DNA of 46,239 bases from Nemertoderma westbladi (GCA_032718475.1 JAUCBJ010007491.1:1-46239); one strand, 5' to 3'; numbered from the stretch's first letter, positions 24,511-37,304 are shown. Notes: a model not told the origin generated them from the sequence alone. Program-made: numbers and translations.

Positions 24511-24939
24511 ATGCTATTACACCGTTTTTGTTAGTTATATGTTTCGCTCAGTTGGTCCTTTGATATTACATTACGTTTAGTTAATAATTTTCGTGATTAT
24601 TTCTCCAAATGAGGAATTTGAATTGCCTAGTTTGAAAACATTAACTAATTTTTAATACTGTATTTAAAACGAATGCAGGACCATCAATTTAGTTGACCTA
24701 CTGTAATTCCGCTTAGTGAGATCAGTTAGTGGGAGTGCTTAGTGAGGTGATTAGGGGGGTTAACTGGCACAAAATGTTAGTGAACTTGGTGCAACAGTAC
24801 TAAGAAAGTCGCACTTTGTTAGTCCCTCTGTTAGTCCGGTCGGGATCCCTTGATCCCGTCACACTAACACCACCCTAAGCGGTTAGTGGCACTAAGTAGT
24901 TAATTGAGCTTGGTGCAACCGGCTGCTGGTTCAAAGAAA

Positions 24940-25650
24940 TTAGCTGGTCCATTACTTGATACAATATGAGAGGAGGAAGTGGCAGCTGCACTGAATGAAA
25001 TTGATGTTACTATATAAGTAGATGGGTGGAGTGATCCACAATACCAGATTGCTAGATTGCTCAGTTTAACCACCGATCAACAAACCTTCCTGTCATGGCA
25101 TGAGGAAAAGAGGCATTCAGCGGATGATATTTTGCCCATGGTAACTAATTCCATTGGGCCAGCAGAACACCAATTCAAATGTAGAATTGTTGCACTCATT
25201 ACAAGGGAGCATGGCAAAGCTCAGGCATTTGATCAGAATGGAAAGGAAGATTATTGTGATATGGTACAGTGCAAACACCATCAATCTGAGTGGATACATT
25301 CAGTCTGGAAGGGGCTTCAAGGTGCAAAGACACACATTATAAAAATCGCCATGTTCTTTCCCAATCACCAGAAAGAGACATACTTGCTCAAACAACTTGG
25401 AATAAAGAAGCCTCCCATGCCATCCGACACTCAATAGAACAGTTACTGTAAGATTTATGAATAGTTCTTAGAGAATTTGCATAGACTGGAAGAAATTCCT
25501 GTCACTGATTAAACAATAAAAGGGTGAATTGGGGATATTTATCTGTTTAATGCAACCAGCAAACTGGAACGCCTTCAGATCCCTCTAGTATCAGCCCTCA
25601 ACATAATGCAAAGTGACACCAGCAGCATGGCAGAAGCAATGCCCACCAGA
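24940..25650 (+). pseudogene. hAT transposase relic
   Basis: DGWSD at 25021, CxxH (VQCKHH), PSDTQ*NS (decayed TRWNS motif), MQSD; stops and frameshifts. Confidence 0.8.
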
Positions 25651-25800
25651 TACTGAGCTAGGCGCCTAGGGCCTAGGCCTAGGCAGTAGTGTTAACCGAA
25701 ATTCAGTCCATCTTCAGGATTATATCTCTAGAAATTGATTGTTTTCGGCTGGAACCCAGTTCAAGAAGCGAACTGGAAAGCTATTGACTCATAGTGGTTC

Positions 25801-26169
25801 GTTGTGTCAAGTACAATGCACACATCTCCAACCAGACACTATATAACATTGGAGGTGTCTCATTGGTTCCCCCAAGCTTGACACTAGAACAAAATTGCCT
25901 CCGCTTTGCAGGACATTGCTTTCGCCGTGAGGACCAGCCAGTACATAATCTTGTACTTTGGCAGCCTCATGGAGTGAATAAGCATGGTGGACAGGCCATG
26001 ACTTTCTTGAGACGCATCTTAAAGGACACTGGCCTTGAAGATGCGGATGACCTAGCAAATGTCATGGGTGATAGGGAGTTGTGGTGGTGCAATTTTATCG
26101 ACAAGCCGGCACAGCATTCTTAAAAATGCAGCTGCATTGCAGGTGCAGCATGCCGATCCTAGTAGTAGT
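25801..26169 (+). mobile_element. RTE-clade LINE, 5'-truncated copy 3
   Basis: ORF 25794-26123 nearly identical to the C-terminus of copies 1 and 4; ends CCTAGTAGTAGTA; no clear TSD. Confidence 0.93.
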
Positions 26170-26174
26170 AAGCT

Positions 26175-26800
26175 GCAATGACCTTTTATAAGCCAGTAGG
26201 GTATATATAATATATATATTGACAGACAGACCAAATGGTCGGAATGCCGTACTCCAAGATTTACAATTGAAGGGTTTTGATAATCTGTGGATAGAAATAA
26301 AACGTAATACAAACAAAACAAATTTAATAATAGATGTGGTTTACCACTACCCTTCTGTGAAATTTAATGAATTTCATATAAAAATTAGAAATTATCTTTC
26401 AAAATTTATCCACTACAAAATCTGATGTTATCATAATTGGTGACTTCAATGTGAATCTTACAAAGAAAACTACACAATCTAACCAATATCTCCAGAGAGT
26501 ATAAACCTTCAGCTGCAGTATACCCGACTCACTATGGTCCAATTTCTAGATTAGATCACATTTTGACTAATTTAACTACAGCCATTAATCGATCTGGAGT
26601 TTTTTTTTCAGATTTTAAGTATCAATTAGCAAATTTTGCATTGTTTCCAAACGTAGCGAAAATTCCTTTAAGAAAGAATTCTTCTTGCCGCGAATGTCTG
26701 CTTAGTATTGCTCAAATGATGTAACCTCAGACTCAAAATTCGAACACTTTTACAATACATTTAGTAATTTGTCCAATAAACATATCCTTACTAAAATTAT
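26175..26800 (+). pseudogene. Old CR1/L2-group LINE ORF2 relic (AP endonuclease part)
   Basis: LWIEIK...IIDVVYHYPS, IIGDFNVNL, RLDHILTN motifs with stops and frameshifts; continues at ~34390. Confidence 0.75.
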
Positions 26801-26804
26801 CAAG

Positions 26805-27515
26805 TACCTCGGCCGGTCCAACCTGGACCTCCTCCGCCGGGACCACGACGGCGACGAATTCCTCGGTCGGTTCATCCCCAACCTCCCCCACCGGGACCAC
26901 GATGGCGACGAGTTCCTCGGCCGGTTCAACCCGGACCTCCTCCGCCGGGACCACAATGGCAACGAGTTTCTCGGCCAGTTCAACCCGGACCTCCTCCGCC
27001 GGGACCACCACGGCGACGAGTTTCTTGGTTCAACTCGGACCTCCTCCGCTGGGACCACGACTGCGACGTTTTCCTCGGCCGGTTCAACCACGATCTCCTC
27101 CGCCGGGACCACGACGGTGACGAGTTCCTTGGCGGGTTCAACCCTGACCTCCCCCGCCGGGACCACGATGACGACAATTTCCTCAGCCGGTTCAACCCGG
27201 ACCTCCTCCGCTGGGACCACAACGGCGACGATTTCCTCGGCCAGTTCAACCTGGACCTCCTCCGCCGGGACCACGACGGCAACGAGTTCCTCGGCCAGTT
27301 CAACCCCGACCTCCTCCACCGGGACCACGATGGCGACGAGTTCCTCGGCCGGTTCAAGCCCGACCTCCTCCGCCGGGACCACGACAGCGATGAGTTCCTC
27401 GACCAGTTCAACCCGGACCTCCTCCGCCGGGACCATGACGGCGACGAGTTCCTCGGCCAGTTCAACCCAGACCTCCTCCGCCGGGACCACAACAGCGATG
27501 AGTTCCTCGGCCGGA
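26805..27515. repeat. GC-rich 54-bp tandem array, ~13 copies
   Basis: Unit TTCCTCGGCCGGTTCAACCCGGACCTCCTCCGCCGGGACCACGACGGCGACGAG; 18-aa periodicity in ORFs on both strands; 4-bp deletion near 27025. Confidence 0.97.
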
Positions 27516-28170
27516 CTGCACCCGGTTAGGCCCGGGTATCCATACAGCCAGTGACCCGTCTCGGGTGCATTCAACTACAACAGGCGAAGAACAAAGGCCC
27601 ATTAGGTTTCACAGGAGCACGAACCTTGGCAATCCTGCCGGAGCAGATGTGGTTGATTTCAAGCGGTTTGGAGTACCTTTGAATCAACATATAGTAACGC
27701 CAACCCTGGCTCAGATAGGTTCGGGAATCCGTACAGCCAGTGGGGAGGGCAATTTTGCTTGCAGTCATATAACTACTGCAACTATGATGTTGGGGTTGGT
27801 TGAAAATCCAGTAGGCCTACCAGTTTATTCTATGTCAATTAGTAAAACTAATGAATCTGTAAATACTGTCACGCCCCCCACAACCACCAATAATTGTCTC
27901 CACCTCCATATACCAAACTGAATCATCACCACTAATTAATGACGGCCCCCCAACTATGCCTTGTGTTAAGACACACAGTGTCACTTTATGTCAAAATAAT
28001 TTAGAGTCAACATATCACAACCATACGGACACACACACCACAGAGGAGAGTACCTGTACCACACTAACCCATGCTCAAAATTATCAACCCACTCAGACTG
28101 AAGAACTCGCTCACAGAGGTGGACCACTTATGAGGAGCAAAGGATACCATACCCTCCACCTCCAACTGCC

Positions 28171-30916
28171 ATGCAATATACCGGTACCATAAAGCATAGT
28201 AAAAAGTTGTCAAAACTTAAAAAGAAAAAAGCCATAACTTTCAGAAATAAAGTGGACAAAACAAACTCTATCCCTGGCATCAGAACTAATGAAACATTTT
28301 CCAGAACCGGTGTAAACACGCCTGGTGTATTGTCCCCCACCCCCACAGGTGCCAAAAATACAGATGAAACCCTTTCAAGAACTGCCGGAAACACGGTCAA
28401 CGAAACTCCCTCCGTACATGCCATTCAAGAAGACGAAACTTTTTCAACAACTGTTAGAAAAATGATGAACGAAGCTTCCTCCATACCTGCCCCTCCAGCA
28501 GATCAAACTCACTCCATGGGTGTCGGAACAACAGTCAACGAATCTCCCTCCACACATACCACTCACATGGACGAAACTCCTACCACACCTGCTGGAAATA
28601 ATATGGTGAACGAAACTTCCCCTATAAAATATATAAACGAAATAATAGTGGAGGATCTAGGAGAGAATGGTGAATGGATTAAGAGAACAACACCAAACAA
28701 AATTGTAAACATTATACATAGTAAACATGCAACTGAGGAAGAATATGTACATGTCTACCCAGACATTGAGAATGGTTTTAATGAATATACAGTAATACTA
28801 GCAGCTACAAGAGAACCAAGAAAAAGATGCCTCACTCTACTGAAACCAGGAGATGGTGATTGGGGTTATCTAAAACCAAAGAGGAGATTCTCAATGACTA
28901 TTGTCGACGCGTTTCTCTCAATTATATCCAGATCCAGCGATACTATATGCAGTATTGATACCGGTCTGTGCACAAAACTACACCAAGACACATTCGACAT
29001 TTCGAGTGCAGTGACCTAATTTACCGCAGTCTGTGATATATCTGCTACCCCATTAATACTTATTCCAGATTGTGATGGATCACATTTCCTTCTACATGTA
29101 GCGAATCAATCTGAAAGGAAAGTGTATACATTATAGGCTGCCATAGGGATAGCTGGGTTGCAACAAGTCGGAAATCACCGTACCCTCTTCAGCCAACAAC
29201 TAATAACTACGACTGTGGAGCTTTTCTCTGTCTGTATGCTTATCTACTCAGTGAAGGAGAGCCTCTCCTCCCTTTAGATAGCGGAAGTGACAAACTCCGG
29301 ATGTGGATAGAGAAATCTCTTAAAGATGTCAAGGTCAACGAAGCACCCACAATAAATGTAAATGAATCACGATGTAACTCAAACTCAACAGGCCTCAATA
29401 GTACTCAGACTGGAGATGATGTGAGTTATGTAAAACACATTCGAAACACCAGACCAAACAGCGTTACAAAGCAACCAAAGATAGCAGTTCTGCCAGATAA
29501 TCCAGCAATATATGAACTCTTGCAAGGGACCAGGAAGGAGGTAATATCGGTCATCCTATCACTGTCTGATGAAGATAGAGATTTGACACGAACGGCGCTA
29601 TATGAAAGAATTAAACCGATGATGTCGCCAACACAAGCAATGACTCTCAAGATGAGGCAGAGAGGTTCTATGAATGAGATGGCTACTGACTTATATGAAA
29701 TCATGCGAGCACTGATGGAGAATTGCTTCACAGAGCAATGCAGAAAGAGGCTCAAATATGAACAACCAGCTATTAATGGCGATGCGGTGTCACAGCTGCG
29801 ATCAGAATTTCTGACATCAATCAGCTGTCTTCAAACAAGAATTTGCAAACTTGAAACTGATTACAACCATATACAACAGGCTAATGACATACTTCATAGC
29901 GAGCTCACACATGAGCGGCTTATTAGAATGATTCTTCAGGAACAGATCAACAATTTATCGACCAATACAGAGCTATTAGAAAATGATAATAACAAAGTAA
30001 ATGTTGAACGTCGAGGAATGGCTATGAAATCAACTAAAGGAGCTGAAAGATCCGCAAATTACGATGAGTTCATAACAGTGGACGAAATAGCGGGCTCTGA
30101 ATCATTGGAATCAAGTGGGTATCAACAGGTTAACCCGAAAAAGAACCGTAGAAAAGTGAAACATAAACGATCAGCTACAACACTCCATCCTAATGGCCAA
30201 AGAAATCACCAACCAAATGGTATAAGTAATAGATATGAAGTATTGGGAACTGCAGCTAAAAATGAAACTTCCAATCACGCAATTAATAAGCCAGTACCGG
30301 TGACGAATGCTTCAGGAGTAATAAATAGCACACCAACATTTGTGGAGAGCTACAAACAGCTGCAGGTAGAACACACATTTAATGGTGGACACTCGACAGA
30401 TGATGAAAGTATATTAACTGTAGATGAAGCCATATGTTCACCTTCAAAGCCTCCACTAGAAGCCGACAGACAGAAATCAATACTAATTAGCAAACATATA
30501 GATGAAGTTAATACGGTTAAAGAAACGCCATTACGCAGAACAATAAGCGCACAGGTGGACCATTACGAATCCAAGAAAACATATAGAACTGACCAGGTTT
30601 CATTGGCAGTTACTCACTCGAGGACTACGAGGAAACGGAGTAACAGTAGCAGCCCAATAATATGTGCAGATTCTCAAAAATACGGGGCAATACTTATCAA
30701 GGGGATCCATAGGAAGCACAACGTGGAGGACATTGTCAATCATCTAGAAGAAAATGGAATACCGGTGTATATAATAACCACTCGGCTATACAGATATGCA
30801 AAAAATATGAAAGTCATAGTATGAAATCACTACGTTGAGAAACTAATGACCAGTAAACTCTTTGGGAACGGTATAAAACTAGAACATTGGGGATATTACA
30901 GCTCCCCAGTATATAC
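28171..30916 (+). pseudogene. LINE ORF1 region: T/S/P-rich repeats, Ulp1/C48 protease-like domain, coiled coil, C-terminal RRM-like segment
   Basis: ORFs 28171-29019 and 29301-30824 plus the intervening frames LILIPDCDGSHFLLHVAN and YPLQPTTNNYDCGAFLCLYAY; heptads LQTRICKLETDYNHIQQANDIL; ILIKGIHRKHNVEDIVNHLEENGI. Confidence 0.7.
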
Positions 30917-31099
30917 AACCCAGTGGAGACAAGTGAATGGAAGTACAAGAACCACCCGTACCTCTGACTACCAAACCGATGACATCAAAACGAGTAGGGG
31001 TGTATATCAACACTCCTAACAATAGTAAAACACAAATCATGGAGCCCAAAGATGACAATAAAACTGAAATGGGCGGTAGCATTATTGGAATCAAAAAAT

Positions 31100-34030
31100 C
31101 TAATAATACAATACGTATTGGAACCTTGAACTGTCATGGGATAATAGGAAATATAGGATACTTTAAAGAACTTCTATCAGAGTTGGATGTATTAGCAATA
31201 CAGGAAAATTGGTTGGATGAGTAAGAATACCATCAGAGCATATCAAAGGATATTGATGATAATTTTGATAGTGTCTATACGGTTAGTGAGAAGATGACAA
31301 ATATAAACAGATGGAGGGGAATGGGTGGGACATCGTTGATTTTCAGGAATGGTATTTTTGGAAGCATCAATGCAATAAAGTCCGGAGATGATATTGTGGG
31401 AATAAATGCGAAGCTACATAATTGTATACAGGAATTATTGTTTATCTCATGTTATGCTCCGGACTCTAGCAAGCACCCCAGTGAATACATAAATTTTTTG
31501 TCAAGGCTCAAGAACGTAATACAAGAAAATGGAACTTCAATACCATTTATCCTAGGAGACATGAACGGCGACGTTGGGGCCACCCAAGGACCACGTTTTC
31601 AGAGGAGTAAACCGTCTTCTCAAGGATATCTTCTTCTTAATCTTCTTAATGACATGGGTATGATCACAGTGGATACAACACCTAAATTTACAGGGCCAGT
31701 GGCAACTTTTTACGGACGTGGGAAGACATACATAGACCATATAATATCAACGAAGATGGGAGAAAAATTTATTACTCGGGGTAAGGTTCACATACAGAAA
31801 GAAGAATCAAACTTATCGGATCACGCTCCTATCGCAGCCATAATACATATGCCAAAATCTAATAACCAAAGTAACCAGAACTGCTCTGTACGGAAACAGA
31901 AAGCCACCGCATGGCGACGAGTGAATGCGGCTCAGGCTAAAATGTATAGGGAGCAAGTCAGTAGTGAGTTGGAGCAACTAAAACTTAGACACGGCCCCGT
32001 TAGCTCATGGTCAGAAATGGATATGAATAGTTATATGGAAGGAATCAAAATTGCCATTACGTCTGCAGCTTTGAAGTATTTACCACAGGTGAACCATAGA
32101 AAACATACTAAAAATGTTAGAATTCATAATATCATATTAGCCGAGCGATCAAAGGTCACTAAGAAGATGTTAAATATATGGGCGAGAAGAGGGAAGGAGA
32201 TAAATGACCCATATGGTACAACTTTCAAGGAAGCAAGGATGAATATTCGCCAACTAAGAAATATGATTTCGAAAAATAATGTTAGGGAAGTAACTATGGG
32301 CGGGCATAGACCCTCATATATCCACTTCAAAACAATTCTGGAATAATTTTACAAAGAAAGAAAGGAAAAGACATCAAGGCGGTGGAACCATGTTGAGCAT
32401 GTTACAGACAAACATTAGGGAACATTTACAAGCTAAATTCAACAAAAGTTCAAAGGATAGTGTAGATAATGATATGGAGGAATAACGTAGGGAATTACAT
32501 GAAAAGTGTAAAGGAACAATGCCATCCTTCAGCCCAGTCGAAATAAGTAGGGTAATAAAGAGGTTACCGCATGGAAAAGCTTTGGATTTTGCGTCCCTAA
32601 CATCAGAACACTTACAATGCTTAGATATAGATAATTTTAGTAATCAACCAGAAATAGTGTTTGTGGTAGCCATGAGACTAGGCCAAGTACTGTCATTATT
32701 TGGAAAAACAATAATTAGTAGCATATTCAAGGGTGGAGGCAGAGATGCGCAATTACCCCAATCCTATCGTCCTGTTTCAAGCATTAGTGTGTTCGGAAAG
32801 ATATTCGAAGGAGTATTAGCATATAGGATAACCACCTACTCCAAACTTAAGGTTCACAGGTTACAGACGGCTTATAGGAAAAGAAATGGAGCAGACCTAG
32901 TAATATCGTTAATCCTTTGAATGTTTAGAACATTATCGAAAACGTAAAGTCCCAGTATATTTATGCCAAATGGACATAGCCTCGGCATTTGATAGCGTCA
33001 ACCATGTGAAACTATTTAGAAACCTATCAAATTTCGTAGACCCAGATATAACTCTTCTGCTAATTAGCTATTATGAAGTAACAGAAATGTTCTGTAAATT
33101 TGATAATCTCGTGGATATTAATGGGTTCAGAGTATCAAACGGAGTAAAACAAGGATCAATTTTGTCACCATTGCTTTTTAATTTTTATACTTCTGAGATA
33201 ATGGATGATATGGAGAACTCTCAGCTGGGATGCCATATAGCCTCTGAATGGATAGGAGCAGTTTGTTACGCCGATGATTATCTGCTTATATCAACAAACA
33301 GACATGACATAACTCGATTTGCCACTGTATTAATGAAAAGTGCATCGAAAATTAACCTAGACATTGAGAGTTCAAAAACCAAATGGATATGTATATCAAA
33401 ACAGCAAGAAGAGTCATCAAATCAACTTGTAATTAATGGGAAACATATAAAATCCAGTGACCGAATTAAATTCCTTGGTGTAAAGTTATTCTCAAACCCA
33501 AACAAAATAAAGGGTGAAATAGATAGTATTTTGTATGGTATCTCGAACGAGTTTCTATGGAATAGTTGGACCCCTGAATGGTTTAGCTTGAACACAATTG
33601 CAAAACTATGGACTTCATACGCTCTCCCAAAGATTTTATATAGCATACAATTCTATCTGGGTGGACTGTCGAAACAAGATATTGCAGGAATAGATGTAAC
33701 CTATAGAAAGTTTTTGCAAAAGTTACTCTATTTAGGACGTTATGCAAATAACCAGGTTATATACAAACTCTTAAATACGTTGCCACTCAGAATGATGATA
33801 TAACGTGAAATTTTATCCATGATATTTCGAATTTCATTATGTCCAAACAAAAGTATCCAAAAACTCCTACTGATACTATTATTGGAAAACAAAAATCAGA
33901 AGTATCAGGGGCTGGGAAGAGTGCGTTCAACTCCGCCGCCATAAACTATCCAATACCATCTCTCATAAACTTGCTGAATGACTTTATAGTAAAAAATGTA
34001 TCCAATCAGAGATTGAAACTGTGTGTCTAA
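31100..34030 (+). pseudogene. LINE ORF2: AP endonuclease + reverse transcriptase, with stops and frameshifts
   Basis: IGTLNCHG, LAIQENW, LGDMNG, IDHII, SDHAPI (APE); YRPVS, DIASAFDSVNH, GVKQGSILSPLLF, CYADD, KFLGV (RT). Confidence 0.95.
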
Positions 34031-34389
34031 CAATACAAGAGTTAATAACAGTGTCATTTATTAAATCTACATACGGTATACAGAGTATGAGCTTTAAACA
34101 GAAACACACACGAGTCTTGGAATACTTCAACGTTAACTAACAAACTAAGGAACTAGGCTAACTTAAATCTTGTAACTGTATACTTTGGGTTGGTTTTAAA
34201 ACATATAATATTAATTGTGCATATTATGACTGACATTGGAACTTCTTGAAACGTTTACTAATTTGTGTTTGTAAATATTGTAAATTATGTATCATGGGTG
34301 TATGTATCTCTAGAAGTCTGGAAATTTAGCCTGACCTTTTACCGAATATAGCCGCCGGGGCGTGAAGCCGGACGAATAATAAAAAAGAA

Positions 34390-34940
34390 TAATATACTCA
34401 TTAGAAGACTTGTATAAACCATGGACAACAGAAGGCTTATTAAAATCACTTGCACAAATTTTAAAAATTGTATTTAAAACTTAAATCACTTTTCATTAAA
34501 TATGTGAAGGCACCTACCACCCTACCGTTAAGAATGAATAAACCTACAAAGAACATCGGAAGAAACTTGGCACAGTCCTTTGGTATACATGAAAAAAAAT
34601 GATTGTAAGAAATTTGAGGATACTAAGGGTAATTGCAAAAAATTCGTGCATTATTAATAAAGTAATAACAAAGCACAAAAAACTTCTTTCCCTACTAAAT
34701 TTAAATTCAACATTTTCATCTGGCAGTAAAGAAACAACAACCGCGGACCCCATCAAAATAGCAACCACATTAAATGAACAATTTTCTTCATTTGATGAAA
34801 ATTAGCTCAAAATTTACCCCATTCAGCACGTTCTCCAGTTCGCCACCTACAATACCGGCACTCTAATCAATGGATTTGATCTTCAAATCTTAGTAAAAAA
34901 ATATCCTGGACCAAAAAGGTGTTGTCTTTAAGCTTTTAAA
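34390..34940 (+). pseudogene. Continuation of the old CR1/L2-group LINE ORF2 relic
   Basis: YKPWTTEGLLKS (KPWIT-type motif that follows APE) and TADPIKIATTLNEQFS. Confidence 0.7.
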
Positions 34941-35079
34941 GATAACCTAACTATCTAAGCCACAAATGTGTGTCTCCATTCCTTGGGCTCCACCATTGTC
35001 TAACCACTAGATTTGCTGGTAACATTAAAATATTGAGTTCAATTACACAATTGGATACAGTTATGAGTTCTTCAACTCG

Positions 35080-35462
35080 TTAACTCATGAAAAGTAAGTT
35101 GCAGTGGTATCACCAGACTGTGTATATACAATTATGATAAGCCTAATTTATCTGATGTCAGTGATATCCCAGGTCAAAAAAGGTGTTGATGAAGAGGGGT
35201 AGAAAATATCCAGAATGGGTTATGGACCATACCAAAGCAAATATCAGTATAATGATAAGTGCCAATCAGTATACTCATCATGGACATGGACCCTTGGTGG
35301 CCCACAAGGGACTCATTATTCATGTTCTAAATCTGGGTGGTTCGAAGGTGACGGTTTTATGGACTGGTTTATGCAAACCTGAAATATCCCAAAGTGAATT
35401 CACCTTAGATTACATTTCCAGCATTATGGTATAGGTTACTTACTGGCTGGTGTGATGGAGAG
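35080..35462 (+). pseudogene. pogo-like (DDE_1) transposase relic, 5' part
   Basis: YNYDKPNLSD...PGQKKVLMKRGRKYPE...KANISIM and SKSGWFEGDGFMDWF motifs. Confidence 0.75.
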
Positions 35463-35576
35463 TATAGTGATATGAAAATATGATATTGATATGGAGGGAA
35501 ATTTAAAAATATAATTATATATATATATATCTACATAAATTGATTTTGATTATTCTTTTTTCTCTTATACCCAAAA
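35463..35576 (+). repeat. 5' LTR (114 bp)
   Basis: Direct repeat of 40536-40647; differs by one substitution and one TA unit. Confidence 0.95.
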
Positions 35577-35577
35577 C

Positions 35578-35591
35578 TGGTGACCCAGACG
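35578..35591 (+). promoter_or_regulatory. Primer-binding site, tRNA-Trp type
   Basis: TGGTGACCCAGACG, 1 nt after the LTR; one mismatch to the tRNA-Trp PBS TGGTGACCCCGACG. Confidence 0.85.
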
Positions 35592-35755
35592 ACCGAGTAC
35601 AATTCTGCTGTACTGCCCTGTTATAATAAATCTTTATATATAAATAAATTTGTAATTTGATAAATTGATTATTTGAATTTAATTTAATTTGATTTAATAA
35701 AAACTGTTATAATAAATCTGTAATTTGCATTGCTTTAAGTTAACAAAATATTATA

Positions 35756-37270
35756 ATGACGACCACTACACCACCAACTACAACAATAAATAAAGCTACA
35801 ACAGTGACGGCGGGCAGCAGTTCGGATCCAACAGTTCTCACCAACCCAATGGCATTAGCTCGTGTTGCGATTAAACTTCCTCCTTTCTGGCCGGCAGACC
35901 CAGAGCTTTGGTTTAGCCAGGCTGAGGCCCAATTCGCGACTAACGGAATTACTACGGAGAACACGAAGTTCTATCATGTTATTTCTTCCTTGAATCCCGA
36001 GTCAGCAGCCGAGGTTCGCGATTTAATTTTGCAACCGCTTCCTACAGAACCATTTTCTCATCTACGGACTGCTATGGTTCATCGATTAGCTGCTTCCGAG
36101 ACAGCGCGCCTTAAGCAGTTATTGTCAACCGAGGAACTCGGAGATAGGAAGCCCTCTCAAGTGCTACGGCACATGCAACAATTACTGGGGACAGCTACAG
36201 TCGAACCCCAACTAATGCGAAATCTGTTTATCCAGAAGTTGCCTTCCAGTGTCCAAACTATTCTGGCTGTCTGTCCATCCACCACGGATTTAGTCGCCCT
36301 AGCTGATATGGCTGATACTACTACTAGGATCGGCATGCTGCATTGCAGCTGCATTTTTAAGAATGCTGTGCCGGCTTGTCAACAAAATTGCACCGCCACA
36401 ACTCCCTATCACCCATGACATTTGCTAGATCATCCGCATCTTTAAGGCCAGTGTCCTTTAAGATGCGTCTCAAGAAAGTCATGGGATGTCCACCATGCTT
36501 ATTCACTCCATGAGGCTGCCAAAGTACAAGATTATGCACTGGCTGGTCCTCACGGCGAAAGCAATGTCCTGCAAAGCGGAGGCGATTTTGTTCTAGTGTC
36601 AAGCTTGGGGGAACCAATGAGACACCTCCAATGTTATATAGTGTCTGGTTGGAGATGTGTGCATTGTACTTGACACAATGTACCCGGCGTAGCATTCTTG
36701 TGAATGTGCCATCCAGAGATTTGGTGTCCTCAGCAGTTAGAGCCCAGCATGGACTCCCGTAGAGGAGTACTGGAACTACTGCTGCTCTAAATAATCGGAC
36801 CTTAAGTTTCCGATTAATTCTAGGTGACTTCCAAATCCTGGAAAGCCTATTCAAGGCTGCCCATGCCTTTCCCTTACGATATGGCTGATAAAGTCATAGA
36901 AGTGACTCAACCTGAAGTCCACGTAAACCACCTAACGACTAGTACCGGTATTTCTGGTCTGCCTCTGGCTGCGGGTCAAACGGCTGTGGAAAACTCCTCT
37001 GTTCTACAGGATCTCATAAAAACTGTTAACGAATTGCGCTTGGAAGTGAATGAAATCCGCCGTGGCCATCCAACTTACCGAGACAATCCGCGTTCGGACG
37101 ACTACTCAACATCCCGGCGCACGCATAGCCGTTCCCGTTCCGTTGGTCGGTACAATCCTCAAGGATCGCTGTGCTATTACCACTGGAGATACCGTGCTAG
37201 AGCGCAGAAGTGTACTAAACCTTGCGAATGGCAGAATCAGGACAACAACCATGGACAGTCGGAAAACTAG
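35756..37270 (+). pseudogene. gag: Gypsy gag (313 aa when restored), disrupted by an RTE insertion
   Basis: KLPPFWPADPELWFSQAEAQF, LGDRKPSQVLRHM, CYYHWRYRARAQKCTKPC; the halves rejoin as LADMAD|KVIEV. Confidence 0.93.
36318..36877 (-). mobile_element. RTE-clade LINE, 5'-truncated copy 4, inside gag
   Basis: 13-bp TSD GATATGGCTGATA at 36305-36317 and 36878-36890; (TAG)n tail. Confidence 0.97.
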
Positions 37271-37304
37271 CAAGCCCGCCGAACAACCCGGTGAGTTCGG
37301 CGGG
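37261..37304 (+). promoter_or_regulatory. Putative -1 ribosomal frameshift signal (gag-pol)
   Basis: G GAA AAC before the gag stop, 7-nt spacer, perfect 10-bp stem CCCGCCGAAC/GTTCGGCGGG; protease frame is -1 relative to gag. Confidence 0.75.

Larger units (their letters stand above)
26805..34390 (+). mobile_element. Long APE-type non-LTR retrotransposon (RTEX/Proto2-like), decayed
   Basis: Interrupts the CR1/L2 relic; broken ORF1 and ORF2 on + strand; 3' end GC hairpin then AATAATAAAAAAAGAATAAT. Left boundary and clade are inferred. Confidence 0.75.

Noticed and set aside
26733-27574. Val/Glu-rich or mucin-like host gene from the long ORFs
   Set aside because: ORFs on both strands follow from a stop-free 54-bp repeat; no signal peptide or splice support, and a frameshift within the array.
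5722-36890. Sequence-specific targeting by the RTE family
   Set aside because: The two clear TSDs (GCACTCCACCC, GATATGGCTGATA) and the other flanks share no motif.
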